From the NCBI GenBank assembly GCA_964247055.1, contig OZ176059.1:2170001-2234000 (forward strand): DNA of 64,000 bases. The letters run 5' to 3'. Each line of letters starts with the position of its first letter. Position 1 is the stretch's first letter. The DNA is from Paragordius varius. Its lineage: Eukaryota > Animalia > Nematomorpha. Position numbers and translations under genes: made by a program. Below the pieces are notes generated by a model. That model was not told the DNA's origin. It was given only the letters and a program-made list of their open reading frames with translations, and made no database searches. Shown piece after piece: positions 26,101 through 39,709 of the stretch.

Positions 26101-27146
26101 TTTATTAATTCTTGCCAGATAGCATGCTCACAAAAGGGCTATATTACTGGCGTAAAGTTATCTTTTCACTTTTATAATTACAGCAAAAATATTTATACGT
26201 ACAAAATAAACATAGAGACAAAATTATTTTTTCAAAAGACAATCATACTTTTTTAATCCTTATTATTTTATAAAAACATTTAATTAAAATCAAAATTACA
26301 AAATTGGTCTTACCAAATTAAATTCTATATTATACTTTGTAATTTAAAACAATGACTTATATTTCAAGATTAAAAAATATGGTTGTCTTTTAGAAAAAAA
26401 AATATTTGTCTTTATATTTTCACCATTTGTCCCTTTAATTTCAATTTTTACCGTGTTTGCCAATAAAAATCTTCCTTGCTAAAAAAATAGCGTGTATACT
26501 TAGACACAGACTTTTTAACATTATATAATTGTAATAATACATTGCATTATTGTAAAATACAGTATGCATTTTAATGTCTATTAAGTAATTTAATTGCCAA
26601 AATAATTTAAAGGCGTAAAATACTATTCTACAAAATTATTTCGCTTTGCATCTCTGTTACAAATATAATGATAGATCTAAACTAACCTTTGTATTTTTAC
26701 TAAAGAAATAATAGATATATATTAACTTACATTATCATACAAAATTTATTTATCTCCAAATTAAAACGAACACGCTTTATTTTTTACACTTAGTAAAAAT
26801 ATGCCATTTTAGAGGAAATGATTGTAAATGGTTTTCATAACTACTATGTATGAAAAATGTATATCCTAAAAAAGAAAAAATGATGTTGCGTTTATAGACA
26901 GTTTATAAAATTTAGGATTATTACAGTAAATGGATGAAAACATAAAGACAAATATTTTTTTCTTAAAGACAATCGTTCTTTTTAATTTTTGATTTTTTCA
27001 TATACAACACATTGTATTAAACTCCAATGAAAAGAGATTTATGGTAGTAATACAATCAATAACAAGTTTTTTTAAAAAAAATTGTCTTCATATTTTTACA
27101 TTTTGTCCGTATATTTTCAATTTTTACTATAAATATTATCCTGATC

Positions 27147-27181
<35 letters not shown>

Positions 27182-27818
27182 GAAAAGTTAAAATATGGCG
27201 CTTAATTCAATTGTGTTTTACTTTTGCTGTAAAATGGCTCTTCATAAAAGTTCGCAAAATTAGCGTAAAACTTGAGACTTTACAATAATTATTTCAGCAC
27301 AAAGTCCGTGGTAACTATTACACCTTTGATCTCGATTATGTATTATAGAGAGTCGATAATGGGCTTTAGCTAACCGAAAGAACCTCTGGTTAAAAGCGAA
27401 ATACCAGGAAATACAAAAAATATGATAACAGTTGTTGTCAGCATTTCGACTATACTGTCTTAATCAAACTTAAAAAAATACCATATGTTTTTATCAATAC
27501 AACAAAATAAAACATTAAAATAATACTCCCTAAAAATTGATTAAATTCATTTTTATGGTTTGGTAAACATTTATATTATAAATTAATCAAAGATATTGAA
27601 AAGATTTATAATAATGACTTTCTATTTATATTTATTAGTTGTAAAATTCTCAAAAAATTTTAAGTGTAGAGATCTAATACCTGGTTCAGTTTAAATAAAA
27701 TTATAATTAAATCATCTGAATAATTATTAGAATTATATATTTACTATTTTTAATTTTTTCTAAACATTCTAACACATTTTAATTAGTTTTGACTAATTTT
27801 ACATTCATCGTCCTCTAA

Positions 27819-28325
27819 CACTTTGAATGAAATTGGGGTATCTAAATACCCAAAACTTAATTTAAGTTAATATTTCAAAAAGCTTCTGAAGGAAAGGTAC
27901 CAATTTAAATGCTTCTATCCTGATGAAAATATAAATGAGCTAAAATAAAATTTCGTTTTGAAAAAAAGTTCCATATCAAACTACTTTGACGCCATTTTTA
28001 TATAAATGCAAAATATGTGTTAATTTAAATTTAAAGATATAATCAAAGCAATGTTTTCACATCAATTATTGATAGAAATATTACAATTTAGCCAATGCAC
28101 ACGTGTCAGGCTGACTAAATTTTTACCGGGTTTTACCTTATAATTAACAAGTATTTTAGAATAACTTTTTCATATATTCCGGTTAATCAATATTATATAG
28201 GTGCCCTTTTGCCATGGTTGGATTCCTTCTATATTTTATCAAGTATTTAATTTTAAATAGGTCTGGGGTAACCAACCACCACAATTTGAATCGAAGGACT
28301 GAAATGAATGTTTTGTATCCAAGTG
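27819..28325 (+). mobile_element. piggyBac-like non-autonomous element (TTAA-type ends)
   Basis: (C)TAA|CACTT ... AAGTG|TTAA; diverged copies at ~24912-25430 (+) and ~32985-33552 (-) share GGGGTATCTAAATAC, AAAAAAAGTTCCAT and TTTGCCATGGTT blocks. Confidence 0.55.
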
Positions 28326-31300
28326 TTAACTTGCTTTGTAATATGTCATCCAGATGTTTTTAAATCATATTGGAATCGAGGAAAACATTAAAATTTTAGT
28401 CAAAAAATTTTAGTTTTAAAATTGACATTTTGAGGTTCCCAAATATTAATACAAACAAATGGTAAATTTTTTTCCCCAAACATTCGGAATCTGATAGCCC
28501 AACATACCCTATTTAATAATAAATTTCAAAACGTACAGGGCTTACCCTCAAATTTAATTACACTGATAATATAATATGTTGTAAAAAAATTATACAGACA
28601 AAACGTAAAAATAGAAAGATAAAAATTTTCATACAACCATAATTTTTAAAAATAATTTATCCCATATAAATTAATTAAATAAAATCGTAAATTGCACAAT
28701 TGTTTGTGTTACCAATATAATTTGAAACAATAAGTTATATTTAAGAATATCAAGATTTTAAAATTATGGTTGTCTTTTAGAAAAATTAATATTTGTTTAT
28801 AATTTGTTTTGTTTATATAATTTTAATTTTTACTGTGTATCTTAATAGTTGTTAGTCCCCCAAATACCATATTTTTGTAACCCACTAAAATAGACTAGTT
28901 TTTAAAGACGCTGCATTAAAATCCAAATATTATATTTTAAAATAAATGCACCAGTTTTCCGCATGGTGTGCTTTTGGTTTTGGGTCTTACAAGATATGAT
29001 GCTGAAAATTTTTTTGGTGATAGCTTAATGCTTGACTGCAAAAATATAATTAATAAATTCTTTCACAAGCTATGTTAAAAGAAAGGCAGTATATATAATA
29101 TTTTATTAGATGTGGGCTCTGAAAGTGTGCAATTTTCGGACCTCCAAAAAACTCCTATAACTTACACAAAAAAATATCGAGTATGTGAGATATAGAAACT
29201 GATTTTATATGATAGATGACAGGGAAAAATATTTTTTTAATAAGATAGATAATCTACTAAATAATTTTTATCAAAAAAGTAGCGTATCTGTTTTGCATGG
29301 TGGATTAAAACATTTTTTAAAATATAATGATGCTAAACATATTTATTTGCCAGAATCTGAAAGATTTATTTGTTTTGTATTTAGTTTAATTATTATGATT
29401 GTTGACTTTTGTTAAAAATCAATTAAATTTGAAAATAAACTCTTTCAAACCTTTTGAGGTTATAGAAATGTTCAGCTTTTCATTGTATGATTCCAAAATA
29501 ACATATTTTGATACTTTTGTTTTTATACGCCATTTCCAACTCACACAGAGCTTCAAATTTCAAACATTTCTAATTCACCCTTTAAAAATAGAAATCACCC
29601 TTAATTTCAAAAGCATTATATAATTCATATTTATCCAAATAAATTGTGTTTTTTAATCAAAAATTAGCCATATATTATTATTTAAAAATCTCTGTTTTAA
29701 ATTAAAAAATGATCAATTGCACTAAGAAAAAATTAAATATTAAAGATGGTCAGCCCAAAAACGTATATTTTTTATGGATGAATTTGAAATTTTGGAAGGT
29801 GATTTTAAAATGTTTAAGGGTAAATATAAATCGCACATGGAATGAGAAAATTTGAGACTTTCGGAGCCATCTAAAAATTTTTTATATAAATATTATTTGT
29901 TTGTGATATTTAATATTTCGGAATAAAGCATTTAGATATCGCTAAAAATTAATATTACAGCATGTTGCAAGACTGGAGATTTTTCGATATGGAGCAATTT
30001 CCAAAAATGGGTGGATTACTATTGACGAAGGGTTTCACATATCGTTTATAATTTCTATTTATACTTTCATTTAATTCTATTTAATTATCCTTTACCCTTA
30101 TATTACGGATTTTAACAACTGTTATTTAATAAGAATATACATATATATATAAACCATTTACAATTCAAATTCACCCTCAAACTATTCAAATTCACCCTAA
30201 ATATAAACTATGTGTTTTAGGATTAATATAATTCATTATTATTAAGAAATATCTCCATGGCTTAGTTTATTATATTTTTAGCATCCTTTTAATTTTGAAC
30301 TAAATTTCATTTTTTAAAAATATTAAAAAATAAAGGTAATATTTAATCTTAAAAAACACATAATTAATTTATTTTAGGGTGATCAAGAAATATGCTAGAT
30401 ATGACATTACAAAAAATAAAAAAATATTAGGTGCCTGTCACGAGTTACAGTGAATTTGTCAAGACGATAACACAGGTTCGAAAAAGGATGGAGATAAATA
30501 TATAAATAACTTATGAGAATTTCCTCGACCACCTTTTTAAAGATTTGTATAATAAAATAGAAATTATGGAAGTTTACTTATGTTCAACTTTTATTATCCA
30601 AATTTATTATATCCTGCTCACACAAAAGCTGGCACTAATCCAGGGTCTATAAATAGGGATTTGACCATAATACTGACTCTAAAATCGGGGGAAAATATAG
30701 CGAAGAAATATCACATTCTGATAGGAAATATATCAGCATTACAATAGTGCTTTTGGTTATTGCCCTTACAAGTTATATATAAAAGTCTTCTAAACTTTCA
30801 AGGTAAAAGCTCCATATAAGTAAATGGCAATATTTACGCACATTTTTTCAATAATTTTTTTTTGATGAAATTTAAATGCTACATTCCTTAAATATCACTA
30901 AAATATATCACTACGTATATAAGTAAAAAATATTTTTAAAACTTTTAAATTTTGGGTGTGGGCTCCAAATGTCTCAAATTTTTGCACATGCTCAACAAGC
31001 AAGTTCTTTTAACATAAAAGAGAAGATTATGCGCGATAAAATTTTAAGATATATACTAAATTTTGACATCAAAAAATTTTTTTTCGAAAAAAATGGATAT
31101 TTTGCATAAAAATTTGATATATAGCGTAATTTTATGAACATGTGGCGAACGATATAAAATCTTTTTAGATTCTCAGAATCGTTGAAAATATTCTCTCTTT
31201 AAATTCAGATATAAATTGTTTTTTACAAAATTTTACCCAAATTTATAAGTAAATGGACCTTTAAATTAATTCTAGATGCTAAAATTTAATATAAAAAAAT

Positions 31301-31680
31301 TATTTTCACTATATCATAAACATTTCGCACCGCTAAACCAGGCTTCAAAACATAAAACTGGCTTCACCAAAATTTTGCTAATCATAGTTTTTAGCAAAAT
31401 TTTATTTAGCATAATTTAAAATATTTTTCGATTATTCTCGTAATTTTTACGTTTATTTTTAGAGAACTAGCTCATTTTGGAAGGGGAAAAAATGTGGGTC
31501 GGGCAAATTTAAAAATTTTATGTGATTAATATATATGGGTGATATTTTTTGATTAGAGATCCACTTCAACCAAATAATGTGACTTAATTTTGCATTTTTT
31601 AAGTTGCTTCAAAGATATAAACTTTCTAATATCATTCGTAAGGGGTAAAGCACCATGATAATCCTGATATTTTTCTATGA

Positions 31681-31721
<41 letters not shown>

Positions 31722-32984
31722 ATTTACAATTTAAATTCATCCTAAAAATAAATTATGTGTTTTCGGGTAATAAACATATTAATATAAAATATATGTTTAT
31801 GGATCAGTTCATTATATTTTCAGTACAAATTTAATTTCGAACTAAATTTTTTTTCAAAAATGGAAAAAAATATAATTTTTAATCTTAAAAAACACACAAT
31901 TTATTTTAGGACAAATTTGAATTGTTCGAGAGTGAATTTGAAGTGTGAATGGTTTTTCGACACTGTGTAATTACAGGAAAGGAATGTATGCAAATAAGGC
32001 TATACGAACCCAGGGTATGTTTTTACCCAATGATTTTAAGCCTTATCCATCGGGTTATGGTATTAAATATTAATTATTCAACAAATAAATATTAACGGAT
32101 TAATGCCCATATAGGTTTGCATTAAACACCACAAAGATTTAGTGTTTTGCAGAACTCACATTTTAGGGGAGCGGTTTGATAAAGTCTGATTCTTGCAATA
32201 CGCCGCCCTCCGACAATTAATGTGCGGCCGAGGGAACTTTGAATATTTAAAATTGACAAAATTATGCTAAGAATAGTCTATTCAATTGGAAAAAAATGGA
32301 AAAAAAATATTATATTATCTTTGCATTATACAGTTTTATATATGAAATCTAATACCTTGAGTTTTTTGAGGAAAATGCGGCCAGGGAAATATTACTTAAG
32401 ATCAAGTGGGCCACTTTTTGGGTTGCTAGGGCATATCTTAAAGAAGCTAAATTCGGTGGCGTTACATATAGATAAAATTTTTCACTTTGGGCCTAATGTA
32501 GAATATTGCATTCATGTAAATAATTTAAATTTTTATATAAATGCTCAAGAGTTGCTGAAATAAAGGCATTAAAAACTATATCATCCTTGTTGCATTGAAT
32601 TCATAGTTTAAAACATACACGTTCAGATTCGCTCCATTTTACATTTTTTATAAATTTCATGGTTATAAAATCAGGAAAAAAATTTAATGAAGAAATTTAA
32701 AATGAAGATCATTATCTATTATATCGAAATATTTAAAGCACTGTGGTCAAAATCAAGCCAAATTTTAAATTTATGGTGAGCTTTTTTTTTAATTTTAAAA
32801 ACTTTTAAATTCGAATGAGCCTATACATTTTCCGAAAAATTAATGAAAAATCCAATTTAATAAATTTATTTTTCCCAGATGAGGAAAAAAACTATTGCCT
32901 CTTGATGCAAAATCATTCTAAAATTATTATAAATACTGAATAGTCCTACACTTTTATTTTGCTTTAAAACCAATAATAGCTTTA

Positions 32985-33552
32985 CTTGAATACAACACAT
33001 TCATTTTAGTCCTCCGATTGAAATTGGGGTATTATGTACCCCAGCCCTTTTTAAAATTAAATTCTTCGAAAATTATAGAAGGAATCAAAACCATGGCAAA
33101 ATTTCGCACTTATATAACATTAACCCGAAATATATAAAAAATTTATTCAAAAATACTTGATATTACTTATTTTAAGCTAAAACCGAAAGGTAAAATAATT
33201 AGTCAACGTGACATGTGTGCAATGGTAATATTGAAAAATAATACAAAATAAACCGCTTTTTCTATTTCGATCAATGTTAGATGTAATTTAAATAGGAAAT
33301 TAGCTTTAATTTCACCCTTAAAATTAAATGAAGACGATATGCAAAAATTTTGTAAAATAAAAATGGCGTCGAAGTAGTTTGACATGGAACTTTTTTTTCA
33401 AAACAAAATTTTAATTAGATATTTTGGCATATTTATATATTTTTATTAGGATAGAAGCATAAATTTAATTTGGGACGGTTTCCTTCAGTAGTTTTTTTAA
33501 AATCCTAACTAAAATTTAGTGTGGGGTATTTGGATACCCCAATTTCGAAGTG
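32985..33552 (-). mobile_element. piggyBac-like non-autonomous element, inverted copy
   Basis: Ends GATACCCCAATTTCGAAGTG|TTAA; reverse-complement homologue of 27819-28325. Confidence 0.55.
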
Positions 33553-34082
33553 TTAAAATCCCTATTTTTATATGAAATTTACCAAATAATAGTAAATCCA
33601 AATTAAATTATCGAGGGGGTATAAAGTTCCATGCGAGTGTGGTAGAGTTTTTATCGGTCAAACCGCAAGGAAAGGCAAAACAACTTAAAAAATGGGGATT
33701 TTCAAAGGACTATTGCAGAACATTGTTGCAAGGATGCCCATAATGTTTCCTTTGATAATGTTACATACGATTCTAAATAATAATCAAAAACTTACACGAG
33801 AATCATAGGTGATTCTCAAGGGAAACAATTTTAACTTAAGAGGAAGGACAAAAATTGATAGACAACTTAAAGTTGTATTCCATTTTATATTTTATATTTT
33901 TATTTAGTTTTAGTAACTTATGTCTTGTAATTTAAAAATCGTTTTTTCGACTTGATATCGACCACTTTCAGTGACAAAAAGTTTTAATTTGTTATTTTTA
34001 AAAAAAAACAACAATAAATATTTTCAAAAATTGTATATAAAGATCTACCATTGTCTCCACATCCCTTTTTTATTTTTTAACG

Positions 34083-34120
34083 CTGAAGACGGACATCCTT
34101 TATAGTGTCCGAAACCGTAC
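34083..34120 (+). ncRNA. Degenerate hammerhead-ribozyme-like motif
   Basis: CTGAAGA-C-GGACA(tcctttatag)TGTCC-GAAA-CCGTA; stem II perfect, stems I and III poor. Confidence 0.35.
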
Positions 34121-34407
34121 ACAATTTTTATTTATTTTTTATATGACACGTTTTAAAATAAATTTCCATATATTTTAAAAAACATATTACACTCGGCAAT
34201 CTGAATAATTAAAATAGCTTTATAGATCCGCCTTTTTCAATTCTCCAAGGAGTTATTCTAATTTCTATACAAGTTTTTTATTTTAAATCATGCCTTTACC
34301 AAACGCTTAGAAACCATGTGCTTACCATATGGCCTAACAATCAGGGGAGTTTTAAATATTTGAAAGCGGTTTTTTCAAAAAATCGGAATACCAAACAAGA
34401 AATAATT

Positions 34408-34566
34408 ATGCAAATCATTCAAGATTTAGACGCTACATATACACATCTTAGGAAGCGATTGGATGATATGGGTTATATACAACCATTTGGCCCAGAATCG
34501 ATTTCGTTAATTCAATCCCTTATAACAGATTTAAATTCGGAAAACACTAAACCAAAATTGGAACAT
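34408..34566 (+). CDS. CEP135: CEP135-like exon 1
   Basis: ATG 34408: MQIIQDLDATYTHLRKRLDDMGYIQPFGPESISLIQSLITDL..EH|gt. Confidence 0.85.
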
Positions 34567-34593
34567 GTATATATTTTTGGTTTTTATATGTAG

Positions 34594-34717
34594 CAGACAA
34601 AATCTTCCAAATTTAATATTCAATATAAACCTATTTTAGCTAAATTATTGCGAAACATTTGCCAATTAAATGAAGAGAAATGTAAAATTAATCAAACCCT
34701 AGGGAATGAAAACGAGG
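34594..34717 (+). CDS. CEP135: CEP135-like exon 2
   Basis: tag|QTKSSKFNIQYKPILAKLLRNICQLNEEKCK..ENE|gtaatt; follows a 27-nt intron. Confidence 0.75.
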
Positions 34718-34747
34718 GTAATTTTATTTTTAACTTACATAATATAG

Positions 34748-34915
34748 ATTTAAAACGTAAGATTAAAAGTTTGGAGGAAATAAATGCAAATTATGAGTTT
34801 CGGGAAACGCAATTAGTTAAAAAAATTTGCGCAGCCGAAAAAGATATACAGGAAAAGTCACGGCTATTATTAAAATTGGAGGATAAAAATTTAAAAGCTA
34901 TCATTCATACACCAG
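34748..34915 (+). CDS. CEP135: CEP135-like exon 3
   Basis: tag|(D)LKRKIKSLEE..KLEDKNLKAIIHTP|gt. Confidence 0.82.
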
Positions 34916-36068
34916 GTTACATTTATTTTTATTAATAATATGAATTATATTTTAATTTAATTATTAAACCTTTTTATAATAAAGTATTATTAAATACACT
35001 TTATAATAATAATTTTTTTAGATTTACATATTATAATTCATTAGTTTCTAGCACATCTTTTGTATCTTAGATATTTCGTTTGTTATTCCCATTATAATAA
35101 AAAACGATGTATTTTAGGGTTTTATATTTATTAATATATTTAACAAACTCAAAGGATTTCTCCAATCATTTCAATCAAAAATATTTTCAGAATATTTGGC
35201 ATTTTCCTATTTTGATTAGTTATAAATTAGTTATATCAGGATAGTCCCCACATTAATCATTAATTCCTTTAATTATTTTTTTAGCAAATAGATAAAAAAG
35301 TGTTAATAACCTGTTTAAGCAATATATTTACCATTTTCTCATATATGGCGTTTTAACACCAATTCTTTTGGATTTTTTGAGTATTTCAGACATATATTAT
35401 CTTTGTCTTAACATAGGTTATACTCTATATTACACAAATTTATAGGCAAAAAAAGCAATCAGCTGTTTAGCACATTATTCTATTTTTTAATTTCATCCCT
35501 AATAAGTAGTTCAAATTTTACGACTTTGATAGACTTTGCGTTGTTTTTTTAAAAGAATATACCATAATATACCCAACTAATGATTTTTTGGGTATGATTA
35601 TTTTTGAACAATGTTTGAATTAGCATATAGCTGTTTATTTGCAACAGCTCGTTTATCAAGGTGGGTCTGTACATATATATATATATATAGATAAATACTA
35701 ATTACACCTCGATTCTATCTAAAAATTAATTATGTGTTTTGGAACTTTTTAAACTCAATATTGATATGAAAAATTTCTTTATGGCTTATGTTTATTTTAA
35801 ACAAAAAACCTTTATTTATTATTTTAAAAAAATCATAAAATATAGGTGATTGTTAATTTTTACAAACTTATATTTTCAGGGCGAATTCGAAATGTTTAAA
35901 AGGGTGAAATTTCAATGTTACATGGTTGGTGTATATATACAGTAATGTAGGGTAAAAAACCACAATGGTTGAAGTTAAACATGATTTCCCCTATACATTA
36001 ACAATAATTTTGTTATAATTTTGCAATAACATTTTTAAACCATACCTTACTGTATATATATGTGATAG

Positions 36069-36364
36069 GTGGTCATGCTAATCCCGTACCCTTTAAACGA
36101 CAACGTATGGTTATTGATACTTTTTTACCCGCGCCGACCGAATCAAAAATCAATATTTCTAATCATCGCACAGCAAATCATAAGAATGAAAATAATGGAT
36201 CATCGTTATCGTTTGCGGAAATGGGGGGTAGTACTTTGCCCTCTTTTACACTCAAGGATGGAGATGAGGGGCCAAATAATTCTTCATTCATTGCCACACA
36301 TGATGGTTACGATAATGATCATATGGTCGGAACAATCACCAATGAAACGACGGATATATTGAAT
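36069..36364 (+). CDS. CEP135: CEP135-like exon 4
   Basis: tag|(G)GHANPVPFKRQRMVIDTFLP..TDILN|gtatac. Confidence 0.85.
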
Positions 36365-36367
36365 GTA

Positions 36368-36399
<32 letters not shown>

Positions 36400-36821
36400 A
36401 AATGTAAAAAATAATTAACGTTTAGTATAATTACTTTTAATATATAAAATAAAAATAATATTATATAATTTAATATGAACATTATATTAACTTTTTTATT
36501 TTGTGCACTCAAAATCCAATGAAAAACAATATTACAAGCAAAGAACATATTGTAAACACATTTTAAGTATATAATTACTATCCTATTTTTGCACAATGCT
36601 GTATATTCCAAAAAATCTTCGACTAACTTAACAAAATATAAACACATTTAATTTATTTTTACAAAATTTTAGTCCTTTTTTGAGTTCTGAATCAAGTTTA
36701 TATTTCTCCCTAAAAAATAGTAATATAAAACTATTTTACTTCTTTTAAAGGCACTATAACATAAATATTATATATGTGTATTTATAAAAACAAGAATTTT
36801 AAATTTCATCTTATATTATAG

Positions 36822-36920
36822 ATGGCTGATAATCTAATCCAGGCTTTGAATGAACGATTAACCCATGCAAATCTAACCCGTAATGGATTGGAACAACAAC
36901 TCTTGGATGTCAAACAACAG
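36822..36920 (+). CDS. CEP135: CEP135-like exon 5
   Basis: tag|MADNLIQALNERLTHANLTRNGLEQQLLDVKQQ|gt. Confidence 0.83.
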
Positions 36921-37522
36921 GTTGTATGATCTTCATAATAAAGACAGGACGTAAAAATTAAACGACAAATTTTTTTATAAATGACAATAATTTTATTACC
37001 ATGTTTTTTAGTTAATAATATTTATTGTTTTAGGTAGTGTTTATAGAAAGAGAGAGTTAAATTAATAAAACACTCTTATTTTAATTATTGCATTTACAGT
37101 TTAAACTCACCCTTAAACTATTCAAATTCACCCTAAAATAAATTATGTGTTTTTTCAAGATTAAAAATTACCTGTATTTTTTTATATTTAAAAAAATGAA
37201 ATTTCGTTTAAAATAAATATAATACTGAAAAAATAATAAACTATGTCATAAGAATATATTACTTATTAATGATGAGTTATATTAGCTGCCTGAAAACACA
37301 TAATTTATTTTTAGGGGGGAATTTGAATTGTTCAAGGGTGAATTTGAATTGTACGAGAATGAATTTAAATGGTAAATTGTATCTAATAAAAGTATATAGA
37401 CAGGTTTTAAAAAAAGTATGGTTGTCCTTACATACATTATAAAATATTTGTCTTTAAGTTAATATAACACTTTGTCCTTATAATATAAATTTAAATTCTG
37501 TATATATGAATATAATTTATAG

Positions 37523-37613
37523 TTAAACGCTAAAAATGAATACATTGAAACCATTTTGCAACCATATGTGAAAGAATTAGATCCTAACACTGATGATATT
37601 ATCCTAATGCAAG
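37523..37613 (+). CDS. CEP135: CEP135-like exon 6
   Basis: tag|LNAKNEYIETILQPYVKELDPNTDDIILMQ|gtac. Confidence 0.72.
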
Positions 37614-38630
37614 GTACATATTTTTATATTGAATTGTTAAAATTTATACTTTATTTAATTTTATATTCAGAATTATTTTTTTATTATTTATATTTTTATT
37701 ATATTATATGCTTTTTTTATTATTGTTTATTGGAAGGTTAATAATTAAAGTTATAACAAATATGTAATACTTAATAATTTGAAAGTCTAATCTTTTCTTA
37801 ACTGTGAAAAATATACGCAATATAAAATTCTTTTTTTTGATTTATAAAAGCAACCTTATGCCATTTTTTCCTTATATATTTATGTCATTAGGGTGGTTGA
37901 TTAATATATATATGGTTAAGAATATTGCTATATTTTAAAACCAGTTTGTTAGCTATATGTTAAAAATTATTAGCTAAATACATAATATCGAAAAAAAATT
38001 CTGACACAGTATTATATGGGTTTTGTTTTCAAAAAAAATTTATCCTTAATTTTTTATTTTTTTGACTAAATAAATAACGGCTATATGAAAATATTAACAT
38101 ATATTAATAAAATTGTGTGTGCTACTAAATTCTCTATCCCTTAAATTCATGTTTTAGTATAGGTTATAAAAATATATTATATTTAATTAATAAAACACAT
38201 ATAGAAATAAGTTACTTTAAAAAATTAAAATTAATATAAATTTATAATTTACACATGAAAATGAGGAAAATGAACTCACTATTTTAAACAAATCTCCTAT
38301 CTAAAAATTAGAAATTAAATATAAAAAATATCATAATCATTAAATTAATTAGGGAAGTAAATAATAAAATTGAAATTGATAATAAAAAATATGTATAAAA
38401 TAAAATTTATTTTTAAATATATATTAATTTAAAAAAATATTCCAGGGAAATTTGGTAAAAAAAACGATAAATCAACCAGCACATCGTTTGAGAAACGAAT
38501 ATCTCAAAAAACATCATAATTAATAATAAAAATAATAAATCGTAAAAATCTAAAATTAAATATAAAAATATTAAAAATATATTTAATTTAAAATATATAT
38601 AAATATATTTTTTTTAAAAAAACATTCCAG

Positions 38631-38792
38631 GTAAATTTGGTAAAGAAAAAAACGATGAATCAACCAGCACATCGTTTGAAACAACTACACCCCTGCTGGC
38701 TAGGAAAGCTTTAATATTAGCGGACATTGAACACAATATGACGGTTGAGGATATCGAAAGGGAATATCTTAATTTGGGTGACAATAATGAAG
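38631..38792 (+). CDS. CEP135: CEP135-like exon 7
   Basis: ttccag|(G)KFGKEKNDEST..LNLGDNNE|gtcat; phase 1-1. Confidence 0.65.
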
Positions 38793-38833
38793 GTCATAAA
38801 TATATTGAATAATCGAATTTTTTAAAATATATA

Positions 38834-39176
38834 CCATTTACAATTCAAATTCACCCTCGAACGATTCAAATTCACCCTTGAACAATTCAAATTCACCCTC
38901 AAATAAAATAAATGTTTTTTAAGATTAAAAATTACCATATTTTTATATATTTTTAAAAAATAAAAATTTTGTTTTAAATTAAAATAATACTGAAAAACTA
39001 ATAAACTATAACATAAACATATATTTATTAATAATGTGTTATAATAGTTCGAAAATATATAATTTATTTTTAGGGTGAATTTGAGTTGTTCGAGGGTGAA
39101 TTTGAATTGTTCAAGGGTGAATTTGAGTTGTTCGAGGGTGAATTTGAATTGTTCAAGGGTGAATTTGGACTGTAAA

Positions 39177-39179
<3 letters not shown>
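38834..39179. mobile_element. MITE family A copy followed by a long (TA)n run
   Basis: TA|CCATTTACAATTC ... TGTAAATGA then ~33 TA units. Confidence 0.82.

Positions 39180-39246
<67 letters not shown>
39180..39246. repeat. (TA)n microsatellite (one of many)
   Basis: Uninterrupted TA run; similar runs at ~2390, ~12375, ~18085, ~20390, ~27150, ~31685, ~45905, ~49770, ~52225. Confidence 0.95.
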
Positions 39247-39251
<5 letters not shown>

Positions 39252-39378
39252 ATTTGTTTTATGAAAACTTAAAACTTTCTTTTATATTTTCCAGGTAAAG
39301 AATTAAATTATGGTTAATAAATTAATTTGGGTGGCAGTAATGAAGGGCATAAATGTATAAAATAATCAAATTACTTTT

Positions 39379-39414
<36 letters not shown>

Positions 39415-39709
39415 GGTTTATAAAAACTTAAAAGTCTAATATTTTTTTGGTAAAAATTAAATTGTGGTAAATCTTAATTTGGGTTGCAGTAATGAAGGGC
39501 ATAAATGTATTGAATAATCGAATTATTTTTAAATATATATATATATAATTTGTTTTATGAAAACTCAAAATTTAATATTTTTTTAGTAAAGAATTAAATT
39601 ATGGTTAATAAAATGTTTTTTTGATGATGATTTTTTAAGCGTTTTATTGCGGCTTCATACATTTTTTATTTAAATAAAAATTTAAAATATATATATATAT
39701 ATATTATAG

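Noticed and set aside
23199-34000. A hidden gene in the 11-kb intergenic interval
   Set aside because: No exon-like segment with codon bias or homology found by eye; content is repeats and AT-rich spacer, with a few GC-richer patches (~30400-30750, ~32000-32460) left unassigned.
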